DNA of 64,000 bases, taken from positions 92,566,001 to 92,630,000 of the forward strand of contig OX597816.1 in assembly GCA_951406725.2 (NCBI GenBank), in the 5' to 3' direction. A program made the position numbers and the translations under genes. The notes below the pieces were generated by a model. That model made no database searches. It worked only from the letters and a program-made list of their open reading frames with translations, and was not told the origin of the DNA. Every line of letters starts with the position of its first letter. Positions within the stretch are counted from its first letter, which is position 1. This stretch comes from Octopus vulgaris. Its lineage: Eukaryota. This document shows positions 28,098 through 42,185 of the stretch, in pieces.

Positions 28098-29489
28098 TCT
28101 TCTTTCAAATTTGCTTCCATTTCTTGCCGGGTGTCTTCCCGACTCCTAGGGCAAAGAAACTCATAGTATACATTGGTAGGCCATTAAACCAAACTCAGTA
28201 GTTCGTTCATTTCTTTTTTTTTTTAAAGTTAAATTAAAATACATGAGCAGCAACAGTTCTCACATCGACAATGCTCTTCTCAATACGTGTGATGTACCAG
28301 TTAAGACAATCTTTTGCACTTCTTGCAGGGATGGTAAGCCAGGGATCATTCTCATATAATTTTCGGTTCCCTTCTTGATCATTCCTAGTGCTCCTACGAT
28401 CACTGGTATTGTAACCGCCTTGAGATGCCACATTTTATCAATTTCAATGAGTAGGTCTTTATATTTTCTGAGCTTGTCAAACTCTTTCGCTGAGATATTA
28501 TGATCACAGGGGATGCTCATGTCGATCAATGAGCAAACTTTATTGTTTTGGTCTTTCACAACAATATCTGGTTTATTGGCCTTGATGGTTCGGTCTGTAT
28601 GTACTGGAAAGTCCCACAGAATGGTTACATTTTCTCCTTCAGTTACAGCCTCAGGGTGGTGATTATACCACTTGTCGGCAGTTTTGATATTGTAATTAGC
28701 CAGTGGAGATATTGGCCAACTCTGTCATGTCTTAATTTATACTCCACTGGTGCTAAGACTTTACATCCAGAGATTAGGTGGTCCACTGTTTCAATCATGT
28801 CGTTGCAGAATCGGCATTTTGGGTCTGCTCCATTTTTCATCACATTGGCCTGGTAGTTCCGGGTTAATAGGCTTTGATCTTGAGCAGCCAGGATGAAACC
28901 TTCGATCTCTGCTTTTAGCCCTGAGCTCCGTAGCCACTGATGGGTTTGCTTCTGGTCAACATCAGCTTGTTTGCTGCGGGTCACATATTTGCCGAGCAGA
29001 GGTTTCTCCTCCCACCTATCAGCCAATTGCTCGTGCGCTTTTTTCATTGCCATCATTTTCACCTTCTTTGCAACAATAGTAGCCGTACTTCCCTCGGGTT
29101 GTTCAGTTTGGGTATCCTGCACGAGATCAGTAGCAAAATTTTTGCTTTCCTTTATTATGAATGAAGCTTCTTTCGTCTCTCGTGATTTTCCACGAGCTTT
29201 AGCATCCAGTCATTCGATATCTCGAGATATTTGGCCAGTCCAATTGTGGTTGTTTTGTAAGCTAGTTCAAATTGGATCAGGCCTCGACCTCCTTGGGCTC
29301 TGGGAAGGTAAAGGCGATCTACGTCTGCCTTTGGGTGGTGCATCCTATTACAACTCAGCAGCTTGCGTATTTTCCTATCTATATTCTTTACTTCACTCAT
29401 ATTCCAGTTCAACACATTGTAGCTATAAGTAACAACTGGAACTGCTAAGGAATTTATAGCTAACACCTTGTTACGTGTATTTAGTTCAG

Positions 29490-29491
<2 letters not shown>
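28098..29491 (-). mobile_element. 5'-truncated R4/Dong-type non-LTR retrotransposon (RT C-terminus, CCHC finger, restriction-like endonuclease), frameshifted
   Basis: RLYLPRAQGGRGL, LAAQDQSLLTRNY, CRFCNDMIETVDHLISGC, RHD, WDFPVHTDRTIKANKPDIVV, IDMSIP, KYKDL and PVIVGALG. (TAA)n on both sides. Confidence 0.9.
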
Positions 29492-29564
<73 letters not shown>

Positions 29565-29572
29565 TATTATTA

Positions 29573-29930
29573 AAGTGGTGATCTGGCAGATCGGGACTAA
29601 GCATTTCTTGTTGCCCTTTACGATCTAAGTTCAAATTTCGCCGATGTCATCTTCGCCTTTCATCATTCCTATTTATGTATGTACTCCATGAGCACGGGGC
29701 TCATTTGCAGCGATTCCCACCCTACGCCTGCAATTTCAGACTTTGTGTCTATAGTAGAAAGAATTATTTATTATTATTGTTAAGGTAGCAAGCAATCCGG
29801 TAGAACCGTTAAGGTGTTGGACAAAATATTTAGCAGAGTTTTATCTGGCTCATTGCATTCAGCGTTCAAATTCCACAGATATCGACTTTGACTTTCATCC
29901 TTTCAGAGTCGATAGAATAAACACCAGTCA
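29573..29930 (+). mobile_element. Degenerate SINE family B copies (Deu/Nin-like domain)
   Basis: GGTGATCTGGCAGA...GTTCAAATT...GCCTTTCATC and GACTTTCATCCTTTCAGAGTCGATAGAATAA, homologous to the copies at 51417 and 54748. Confidence 0.6.
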
Positions 29931-32808
29931 TTTAACATTGCTGGTTTTGCTCCAGAATTTAATATCAATATAATTATTTTATTACTTGCTAATGTATGGT
30001 TTGGAGTTTTCTTTTCCTGGCATGTAGTTGATGTATCTCTGATAAGTTATATACTCTGCTGTGCTGGTGTAGTTCGTGTTTTTCTGCCTGTGTTGCAGAT
30101 TTGGTACACGAGAGACTGTCTACGGACTCTAAAGCGTCAATTATATCTGATCTAAATCATTCTTAAACAAATCCGTTACGGAGCAAGTAAATGAAATATA
30201 TATAAGCTACTAGTGAGAGCTATATGTCAGTCTTTTTACACCTTTCGGAATATATAAGGATCACGAATGATAATTTTTCTCCTTTACTACAAATAAATAT
30301 ATTACAAAATCTCATAAACTGCTATTGAATATTTAATGTCCCTCGGCTATTTCAGTTTATTGGTATTCTATAACATTTTCACCCGCCATATTTCTCTTCT
30401 GAATAATTATTGTACATTATCATGCCTGAAATGATATCAGTTCAGCAACTTTAGATGTGATGTGATTGTTGTCTCTTAACAACTCTAGCGAACAAATTTT
30501 AGTGCTCTTTAGAAATGTGTCAGCGTCACAATCTCATTTCCTTGTGTGTATAAGTTAGAAATTAATTTTTCTGATCTAACATTTCCGGCTGTACGAAGTT
30601 TGAAAGCTATTTCATATAACTGCTACAACTACTAACTTCTGTTTTATCCAGCTTTTTATAGCTTATTGTTAATGTTTCTTGTTGTTTTTCATTTATTTGT
30701 TAATTTTAGCACCAACTCCGGAAGTTGTATTGATCACCAACAAGAATTTCGCTCTTTTGCAACAAATAACTTTTATCTTCTTTTTAAAACACGAGATTAA
30801 ATATACTTGTAACATAACAAAAGAAATCTTGTATTCTAGGTTGAAGGTTAAGCTAATTCTACACTTCGTATCCGTTGTTAGAAAAGCAAAACAAAACATT
30901 TAACTCTTTACTAATATTGACAATAAATAAATTGACATGTATTTATTCGAAGTTTCTATAAAAATAACCTAATCTCTACGACTTATAAATATATTTATTT
31001 CTTTTAATTTACATTTATTTGTTGTTTACAGTGTTTAGCTCTTAGTTTGATATATTTTTATAAAGTTTTGCATTCCGATTAGATTTAATTCCATCGATTT
31101 GAGTCTTGCATTTTATTTGGATAAATTTTGAAATTACCTGAGAAAATTTATTATTTGTCAGAAGAGAAAGAATAAGAAAATCAGATAAAAGCTTAGAGAA
31201 AGAGAGCGATATTAGCAAAGAGTGCTAATAATGATACACAACTGGAAAAATCGGAAAGAATATGAAGAGAAGAGTGCTGAATAAAAGTATATGCCAAGGA
31301 GAGAAGGGAAAGGAGAACGTTAAGAAAAAGTTTGAAAGCACAAATAGTTTGCACATATGAAACGTCTTTGCAATATATTAAAAGTATAAAATGGAAGTGA
31401 AGTTTATGGAGGTAAGCTCTAAATGCGAAGACTCCATGTCGCTTTCTCCTCTCTGCATGAAGGTAATCCCTTTCCGCATATAAATGTATTACACGACAAC
31501 ATATACTTGTAAGCATAGGTTTATTTGTCGTCTTTCACGAAATTAATTTTAAATACGGAATAGAAATGCTGGATAGTGATATATATATATATATATATAT
31601 AAATTCAAAATTCAAATATGCATGGGACATGTTCGAAAATGTAACAAAGCAATTCACTTTATTTTGTCATGGAGAAAAGTTTTCGTTCTAGATTAATAGC
31701 TGTAAACACACGAAGGCATTTCGAAGTACCATCTAACCATACTGATGTATGCATGCATTTTGGAGTAGTTATCTCCTTTTCAAGGTCAAGAGGGTTCACA
31801 CTAGAAAATTTAAGTTTAAAAACACAAAACCTTTCAGAACTTTATTATCGATTAAAGACAGAAAATATTTACATTTGTTATCAAAGCATGCTACCGATTT
31901 CAATCGTTTCAAAAGACGATTTAGTCATGCGGAAAGAGAATGGAAAATAAACTGAAATAACTATGATTAAATTAATCTTTCATCATATCACTTGAAGAAT
32001 TTTACATATTTTCTCATAAAATTGACATGGTGCTTGTATTTAATTTCCTTCTGATGGCTGTTGGGTCGTCGTCGTCGTAGGGTATATCATATTTTTATTC
32101 GTATATATATATATATATATATATATCAGAATGTGTCTGTACACATATAGGTTTATATGTATGTATATCCTAGCTATGACTTTTAAATACAAATGCATCA
32201 GGAGGTCAGAAATTCTGAGGAGTGTGAACCATTTCTTATCTACTATTGTTCCTAAGCCTGCTCTGATCCATAGTAGTAGCACCTGTCAGGGACCCACATA
32301 TGGGTTATGTAGCATGTTTGAGGATAGTCTGAGTGAGGGATCTTTAGCTGTTGTCATAACATCCTTCTAAGAGAGGGATGCTCTGATGTGAAACCCACGG
32401 TTTCATGTAATTACCTGTTATCTCGCTTTGGTATGTCACTAGGTCCTAATTATGGAATCTCAGCGTGTTAGCAATCACGCTGCAAAGCGTTTATCACTAT
32501 AATCCATTGACGTACACATGTCCTTTTATGGTGAGCTTAATCCTCATTCCATCTACTAAAAGTCATATGACAAAGGACAACTGTCGACGTGTGCAGCCCT
32601 AACCAGTTTGAAGCGCACAGTTAATTACAACTTTCGTCTATCCTCTCTTCTACAAGCCACGCAGATCCGTAGTGGGACTGAATAGTCATCCAAGAGGTCA
32701 TTGACAGACAACCATTTATGGACAGCGAATTAGTACAAGAGGACGACAGTCATGTGTGAAGATCGAGTAGTGACCAAATAATATACACACATATGTGTGT
32801 GTATATTT

Positions 32809-32872
<64 letters not shown>

Positions 32873-32939
32873 AATAATAATTCTCTAAAAGAGATATAGA
32901 CAGTAATATATATATATATATATATATATATACCCCTCA

Positions 32940-33668
<729 letters not shown>

Positions 33669-33717
33669 ATATATATATGTATACATATGTATATATATGT
33701 ATATATTTATATATATG

Positions 33718-33771
<54 letters not shown>

Positions 33772-36700
33772 ATATACCTGTGTGTGTATATGTGTATGTG
33801 CGTGTGTGTAAGGCAATGTTTGCAGCATACTGGAGTGATTTCACCCAAATTATACTTGATTAGATATCATAACTTGTTAGAGTTATAACAAAAACATATC
33901 CACATTTAATATAAAATTGTAATAAACATAAACGCATGTATCCCTTAATAAATACTCTGGTAGGTGTATACAATGAATTGCGCTATCTTAAATATTAATC
34001 CAGAATCAATTACACGAATCAAGTATTAGCAATTATACAGGCAAATAGAACATGCAAATTATCTCATAATTTTCAGATTCCTTGCCTCTCTAATACTTTA
34101 TATTTAGGTATTTTATTTTGCTTTGATTAGGCCAGGATATGCTTAATGCAAACATATGATGACATACTTACCAAACTTCAGTTATTCCAGACCCAGACAA
34201 ACAGTTCTTACTTGGAACTATTATGCTAAAGTATTCTATAATTTTAAAAATTCAAATAAAGTAGTGGAAGAGAATGTTTAGTTTTTCACTTAGAAATAAA
34301 TGTATGCTAAATATATGACATCTACAGCAACTTCCTTGCAATACCTCATCCGTAACATGATTAGAACTATTTTCCAAAGACTAGCCCGCTACTTCAGGAT
34401 CAAAAGATATTTTAATCGTTAAATGTTTACTAATATTTTAAAAACTCGGAAGAAACAAACATTCGCAAATAGTTCTGCAGCTGCACATACATAGGAACCC
34501 TAAGCCGCATTCATAAAACAGCCATCTGAAGAAGTCACTTTTGCCTGTGGCTCGTAGACATTTCTCTCACCTGTCTCTCTCCTCTCTGCATTTTCCATCC
34601 TTAACAGAATCGCTTCAGTTATATGGATTTGGTTGGCGTTATGTCATCTTCATTCAGACTTTTCTAACACACTTATCTCTCTTTCGGCTATCCTCCTTGT
34701 TGAGCCAACACCCAAGCTCTTCAACAATCATTTCAACGAGGTTTTCCTTTCCAGAACTACGTTCCTCTAGACTTCCTTCACTGATCATATCTTTCCTGTA
34801 ATATTTTAAAATGGACATCAATGGAATCAGTCTCACCAGCAGAAATAGGTTTCTTCATTGTATCTTTTATCAAAAAGTACTATGTCACAAATGACTATAA
34901 ATATGAACACCCATTTAGATTTGAAAACTACGTGTGATGAAAATAACTTCGCCACATTACTCTGTGTGCTATAAAACAGAGACATAATCTGTCTGAGCAG
35001 TAAAACTATTAAATTCAGCAAGGGATAATCGTTTCACAGTTAAGTAGGTGCTGAACTAAATAACGGTTATTCTAACAGGGAGACGATCAGACCAATGAAC
35101 TCATAAAAAGCAGCAGTTGCCATTTTTATTCTTGCAAGCATCTTAATGCAGCGCCTGATACTGACATTAATTCTGTACTTGAACTTTGATAAGAACCAGT
35201 GATCAGCAGAAATCAATAATCGACAAGAAGAAATAAACTAAAGAAGATTAAAATGTCATTAGATGCCAGTGTACTTTGAAATGAAGTATTCAAAATACTA
35301 CTTAAGTTTTAAGTCTAGTTACCAGTGTTGAACTGCATGGAAGTCTTTTCAGAAAGCTCGGACAGGATAAATGAGCGTGTTGTGTGTCATTATTGAAAGG
35401 TAAATCGTTCTTAAGAGATCGTATTGATGATAATGACTGAACAAACTAACTTTACTTTCAACACATTCCCTTCAGATTTTAACTGTTCAGATATAGCTGT
35501 CATTCTTGTTAAGCAGTTGTATTCAATTATAAATACTATACGGAAAGATTGATATTTAATTACTATTTGTTTACTCAAGTCAGCGATCTCTATGATTCGT
35601 TCAATTAAAACAAAATTCTATTTTCCTGTCAAATTTCATTATGTAAGAAACATTATGTAACTGAATAAATAACATTTATTTTTATAGCATTTACATTTTT
35701 AGAAAAATATTTTCTAATTAGAAGTAACGCTTAAGCCTCAATATAAAAAAATAACATGTGCATATTTTAATTGCTATTGAAAACATATTGCAATAGTGTT
35801 TGTGAATTTGAGGTGATTTCTTTAGGCAAAGTTTCTGGAAAGAAAATGATTGCTTAATTACTTTGACTTATAACATTCTTAGTCAGAGATTATAGGAAAT
35901 CTGAACTCAAAATATATTTTATTGGAAATCATATGGTTTTCAAACATTCATACAAACAACAAATATAAGATATTATAATACAGTAATAGTCCAATACTAT
36001 GCAATTTACTTGGATAGTCGGATGAGGAATTTCCGAAACAATGAATTCTAACTTGAATTAAACAAAGAAATGGAAACAGATTCTCCCTCTGGTGCAATGT
36101 AGTTGTTTCACCTTCGTATGTTATAAAAGTCAGTTATATGCTTCTAAGGAAATTCTGATGCGATTACAATTATGATATGAAAACATCGCACATGTCTCCC
36201 TACTGAATTTCTTTACTAAAACACTAAAATACATCTTTGGTATTACTAACATGGTAAATGTTTCTCTACATTTATGGAAGTTTTCGGCAACTTTACCATT
36301 CGTATGTAGTAAGTCGCTACTAGCTCTAATTACTGTAACCCATCTAATTATATTCCATAAACGAACATCAATCCTAAACATCATTTTCTTAGTCAGGGAT
36401 TTAACATCAACTAAAAACTGCCATAGTAATTCTCCTTATCAATCACAGGCACAGGCAATAGTTATATTTTGGTGGGTGGGGCTTGTTGAAAAAAAAGTTA
36501 CGTAAAAGCAATTTCATAATAATGAATGCATATAGTAGGAACCTTTTTTCTTCTTTCATGATATTTATGCAAAATGATGTAATAACAATTACTTGGAGGT
36601 GCACTTACTAGATTTCCCATGTGTTTTAATGCAATATGAGATGTCAGTGTGACTGAATAGATGCCAAGGAGTGGTACTACAGCAATCATCCAAAACATCT

Positions 36701-37362
36701 TACTAGCAAGAACAACTTTAATGGAACTCAAGTCCTATTACTGACAATCAAACCAACTATAGATATTGCGTCAAAGAAATTCTTTTTAACATCTGTCAGG
36801 TTTTATCTTGACTTTTAGTCTTTTCTTGAGAATCATGCGTTTCTGTATGCCAGCATCTTTCTGCTGTCTCTACTTTAATCCATCTAATGCGTTATAATTC
36901 ATAAATGCAGACAGGTATTCTAGTAATATTTCAATCATACTTCCAAAATGCTACGGACTACTCTGAATTACTCTGATGCATTACTTCAATAGAAAACAAT
37001 TATGCAGATAGCACAATAAAGTAAGGCATTGTTAATCAACCATCCCTTTGCAAGTAATATTTTTAAAGTCACATGTCTCAACCAACCCTTCATTTAATAT
37101 TCCATTTAATATATGACGTCCTCGGAGGTTTATGAATTGGAGTAACATCCAAATTGTATTATCATAAACTGGTACGGTATTAATTTATTAACTCTGTGCT
37201 CACAAATGAAACACCCTTATATTAAAATAGACATTGAATATCATACTTAACGTATATAAAACCTTGACAAGCATGACCTGCGGCGTTTGTCTAAGAGAAA
37301 GTCTCTTCACAGATATTTACGTATGTATGTATGTATATATATATATATGTAAACATATATAT

Positions 37363-37440
<78 letters not shown>

Positions 37441-37569
37441 ACATGTACTAGTGTATGCATGCATGTATGAATGTATGTATATGTGCAGATTTGTATGTTT
37501 TGTTTTATGCATGTATTCTCAAGCATATAGTTGCATATTCAGACATGCTCATATATATATATATAAATG

Positions 37570-38018
37570 CTAAGCGTTTGGTAAGTTTTACAGATTTTTA
37601 CAGTTCCAGCGATGGAATGGATTTCTAGTCTTCGAATTAGCTTTCTCCTTTCTGGATTTGAGAAGCCTAATTTCTCAAGATTGGTATTTAGGCAGTGTGT
37701 TACATATCTCAAAGCCCCAGTAATTACAGGTATAAATCTGAACGTGTAATCTGGATAGAGCAACTGCAGATTTCTCAATAGTTCAGCGTAGGTATTCTCT
37801 TTTTCACGGATCTTCAGCTTTATGTTGACATCCGCTGGGCAGTTAATTTCCACAACTCTTCACAGCTTCTCTTCCCAATCCTAAATCATTATATCAGGTC
37901 TGTTGTGCTTACATTTTATTGAGGTCTTCACTGGGACATTCCACCATTTCTTCCTTTTATTATGAGTGGTTTTGTCTTTTACCATACTGTGGGTTCTTAT
38001 TTCTTTGTCCTCGGGGTC
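37570..38018 (-). mobile_element. 3' fragment of a second RLE-clade non-LTR retrotransposon
   Basis: KTSIKCKHNRPDIMI, VEINCPAD and ENTYAELLRNLQLLYPDYTFRFIPVITGAL indicate a PD-(D/E)xK-type RLE C-terminus. Confidence 0.8.
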
Positions 38019-38039
38019 ATGTATGTATGTATATGACGC

Positions 38040-38905
38040 GCAAAGAGTGAAATCAAGCAAAACCTCTACTTGATCTTACAAAAATGCTATTCATGGAGCA
38101 GATCATACTCATTCTAACCAGGTACAAAATTGTCCCGGTCCTCTATTTTACAGACAATGTGGAAATTATCCACAACATAAATATATCACCGACAAAATTC
38201 TCAGGTCATAACATGATAGAACTGACAATGTATGGCCCGGAATTAACCAAAGATAAACTCCGTACAGATGGCGCTCAAACCCTATCCAACCGAAATGTCT
38301 ATAAGGCTGACTGGAAGTCACTTGAAAAACAGATACTCCAGCAGGACTGGCCTAAAATGCCTCTCTATGCAAGATATTAAACTCAATAAAATCATGTCAA
38401 TAATGCGAGCCATATGCATTAAATATGTCCCAGAGAAGGAAGCCAATACACACAAAAACATCATTCCCCGAGACAGGAGAATACTTATTCAGCGGAGAAT
38501 AAAGATCTCGAATAGTTTAAACAAATACCTTAATGCCAGTGTGAAATTCCACCTGACAGAGGAACTCTTCGAAACAGAAAATAAACTCAAAATCTCCCAT
38601 GAAAAAGAAAGAGAAAGAGAAACCTGGGCAGTCGAAAATATAAAAAGAAATACTAAATTCTTCTACACATTGCCAAAGAAGTCTGCCTCAGTACGTTGTA
38701 AGATAGGGCCCCTATTTGGTAAAAATGGCTCACTAACTGCAGACCCGGGGAACATAAGTGAAGCACTAAATAAACAATTCCGAAGTGTTTTCACTTCCCC
38801 ATTGGAAAATATGTAAATGAACAAGCCAAAGGAGTTGTTCAATGTAATGAATCTATTCGGAAAAGAGGAAAACCATCAATTACATCAACATAACAGAAGA
38901 CAATT
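38040..38905 (+). mobile_element. CR1-group LINE fragment (end of APE plus linker)
   Basis: SGHNMIE (SDH-like APE end), YKADW, ENIKRNTKFFY, KIGPL and ISEALNKQFRSVFT. Frameshifted. Confidence 0.8.
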
Positions 38906-39208
38906 TCTCAAAAGTCTGCAGGGTATCAATTTGATCACAAAATAAAGTATTATGAATCCCAAATGAGAACACTATCCACTATTGCGAACTTTATGTAGTC
39001 CACGAATTCAATTACATTTGTTATACCAATACAGACCCTCCATTCATAAAGTTTGACATCAACAAACAGATCAGAAGAGCAGATTCAACACGTTCCAAGG
39101 CTGACAAAGAGTGGCGTTTTAAAGCTTTCAATGTTTTGCATATAAAGACGCTCAGTTGAAATTAAGTAAACTGACTGAATCAGTAAAATGTTGGTTTAAT
39201 CTAACGTA

Positions 39209-40491
39209 CGAGGGGCGTTCAATAAGTAATGCCCCTGACCCACTTCCCATAGCAGTAGAGCAACGAAACTTGGCACAGGTATTAGTCTTTTTCTACATAG
39301 GAACAACCAGAGGTACGCATTTCTCCCATCGTTTGATGCAGTTCTGGAGACCGTTTTCGTAGAAGACCCCAGCTTGGTCCTCCAACCACGACGTGACTTC
39401 AGAAATCAAGGCTGCATCATCTGGGAAACGCTTTCCTTTCAAAAACAACTTCATGGCTGGGAAGAGGTGAAAATCAGAGGGTGCAAAGTCAGGAGAGTAG
39501 GGGGATGGGGGAATAGTTCATAGCCGCATGCCTGTGCTTCTGATCTGGCGACACGCGAGTTGTGGACCGGAGCGTTGTCCTGCAGGAGGAGGATGCCTTT
39601 GCTGATCTTGCCCCGCCTCTTGGTTTCGATAGCTTCTCTTAATTTCCTCAAAAGTGAAACATGATAGGCTCCTGTAATTGTGGTACCCTTTGCCAGGAAA
39701 TCTGTCATCACTACTCCGTCCTGGTCCCAGAAGACTGTGAGCATGACCTTGCCAGCAGAGGGCTGCACCCTTGCCTTCTTTGGAGGAGGTGAGTCATGGT
39801 GCTTCCACTGCATTGACTGGGCTTTGGTCTCTGGATCATAGTGATGGACCCAGGTCTCATCCTGTGTAATCAGTCTTTTGAAACATTTTGACTCATCTTC
39901 TTGGCACATCCCTAAATTCTTGCTTCTGGAATTCTTGCGTTCTTGCTTCTGGAAAAGTGTGAGCAACCTGGAAATCCATCTGGCAGACACCTTTTGCATA
40001 TGCAAATGGTCATGAATGATAGTTTCCACAGACCCGGTACTAATCTTGACCTCATGGGCTATTTGGCGAATAGTTATGCGTCGATCTTCCAAAATGGCAG
40101 CCTCAACCTGACGGACAGATGCCTCATCAATGGCAGAAGGGGTGCGACCAGATCTGGGAGCTGTTTCCACAGAGTTCCAACCATGTTTGAATTCATGATG
40201 CCAGCGTTTTACAAGGTCATATGATGGGGCATCATCACCATAAGTTACTTTCATTTCATTAAAAGTCTCCTGTGGTGTGCGTCATTTCAAATACAAAAAC
40301 CGGATCACTGCTCGACACTCAACAGGCTCCATTTCCCACCTGACTCATTTCAAACACCTGTAAATCAGAAACCACAATTAGTTCGGAGCTGTAATTCACC
40401 ACTTAATCTATAGAGATATCAATAATTGCACATTCAGCTTGATCAAACAAAGGCAAGTGGGTCAGAGGCATTACTTATTGAACGCCCCTCG
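39209..40491 (-). mobile_element. Full-length mariner (DD34D) transposon, ~1283 bp
   Basis: TIRs TA|CGAGGGGCGTTCAATAAGTAATGCC... / ...GGCATTACTTATTGAACGCCCCTCG|TA, with TA target-site duplications. Confidence 0.97.
39270..40332 (-). pseudogene. Mariner transposase pseudogene
   Basis: MEPVECRAVIRFLYLK* (early stop), then ITQDETWVHHYDPE, KVMLTVFWD and LLQDNAPVH. Frameshift in HPPYSPDLAPSDF. Confidence 0.9.
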
Positions 40492-41076
40492 TAACAAGTT
40501 TCTAGCGATTCGAATCCTAATAGCAAGATATTCATTCAGTGATCACGAGTAAGCTACCACAGTTTCACGTGATTGATATATGTTGGCCAATCAGCGTGAA
40601 GCTATGACGTGCCATGGCTCCTCCGCTGATCTAAAATTCGCTCCCTTTTCGCTCTACCAAAACTGTATGGCGCTCAACTCAGGCAGAAAACCTAGGGTAC
40701 TCACAGAAGGCAAACCAGTAAGACCAGATCACTTCGAGGACTAGGACAGACCACCTCAAGCAAGAACCAACTTCGTACACTCACAAATGATGCGTCTTCT
40801 ACAAGACACGACGCAGTGAATCATGTCAACACAGCCAACACAGCCAACACAGTGAATCATGTCCAGCAACAAATATGTTTAAACTTCGTGACTTGCTTCA
40901 TTTATCATTCATGCAGCCAAATAAAGCACACGACGGTACTCTTCAGTAACACAACACACGCTAGCAAGTAACTACCACGACGTCGGTGAACGTGCAACTT
41001 CGCAACAAGGTTATATTTCTTACGGTAGTTTTCACCTTTTTTACTTAATTAAAAATTAAGTCAGGTACTATGCCAC

Positions 41077-41832
41077 CCTCAACTCTCGCTACTATGCCAC
41101 TTGTAAACTGAAGCGCACGCAGCTTTTCGAAATTTTGTACTCCTACATTTTGTACATTTCGTATTTGTAATCTTGTGGAAAAGTTCAGAAAGTAGCACAC
41201 AATGTCAGCTCAGAAACGCAAGCGGACTGAGTTTACGCTGAAGGAAAAGAAGGAGATTATCAATGCTGCGAAAAACGTTATTGTCGGGCCCCTCGTATCA
41301 TTAGTAATAGCTGATACAAGTTACCGCCCCTTGTATTGTCCGACATGTTTCACTCTAGAAGAAATAGCAAAGGAGGTAATGCATAACGAAGAGCCGGTGG
41401 AAAGTGAAGACGACGAGGTAATTGTGGAAGAGGAATACGTTTCATTTGCAGATGTCCAGAGAGCATGGAGCACTATCCGAAAGTTTATGCAGCAGCAGAG
41501 CAGCGGAAAACCCAGCGTCATGCAGGCGTGTGATAGGCTAGACAACAAAATGAATGAAATCCGCTGAAAGAAGATGCGTCAGCCGACAATTTTTGAGAGC
41601 TTCGGGATTAACTAAAAGCAATCTGAACTTAATAAACTTGGATGTCTTCTTTTTACCATTGCATTGAACTTCTTATTGGCCTTACTTCCTACCCTATGAA
41701 TTTTTATTCGTATATTCAGTAAATTTTTGGTTATGTAGTGTTTAGATAACAGACCCTCGGTACTATGCCAATCTCGGTACTATGCCACTTTGGCTCAGTC
41801 CCGCAGGGTGGCATAGTAGCGAGAGTTGACTG
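41077..41832 (+). mobile_element. Internally deleted Tigger/pogo element
   Basis: TCAACTCTCGCTACTATGCCAC / GTGGCATAGTAGCGAGAGTTGACTG|TA, with subterminal GTACTATGCCA repeats. ORF 41202-41567 joins a CENP-B-like N-terminus (KRKRTEFTLKEKKEII) to an acidic C-terminal tail with no DDE domain. Confidence 0.85.
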
Positions 41833-41973
41833 TAATAAGAAACCTTCTTATATATAAGATTGCTATATAGAGGAATGCATTGTACATAATGCATTTAGTT
41901 TAATGTTGTGAATATATATCAGCTTAGTTTAGTCATTTTCAAGTTAGTTGATATTGATATTATGTTGTTTTCA

Positions 41974-42185
41974 GGTGGCGGGCTGGCAAAATCCTTAGCT
42001 AATCGGGAAAAATTCTTAGCAGCATTTCGTCCGTCTTTACGTTCTGAGTTAAAATTCCACCAAGATCGAATTTTGTTTCATCAAAGAATGAGGTGGATAT
42101 AATAAGTACCAATTGAGTACAGGGGCGAATATAATCGCCGTAGCTATTCCTCCGAACTTGCTGGTTTTGTGCCAAAATTTGGAAC
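41974..42185 (+). mobile_element. SINE family B copy
   Basis: GGCGGGCTGGCAAAATCCTTAGC...TTCTGAGTTAAAATTCC...AATAAGTACCA, homologous to 51417. Confidence 0.7.

Noticed and set aside
34526-34560. CTGAAGA followed by an AGTCAC/GTGGCT stem
   Set aside because: No GAAA box and no stem I partner.
36016-36052. CGGATGA-GGAATTTCC-GAAA motif
   Set aside because: Core U4 is substituted and stems I and III are unconvincing. It is an isolated occurrence and probably chance.
36130-36731. ORFs with a WD40-like DVRLWNI word
   Set aside because: A single short motif with no repeat spacing or clear splice boundaries.
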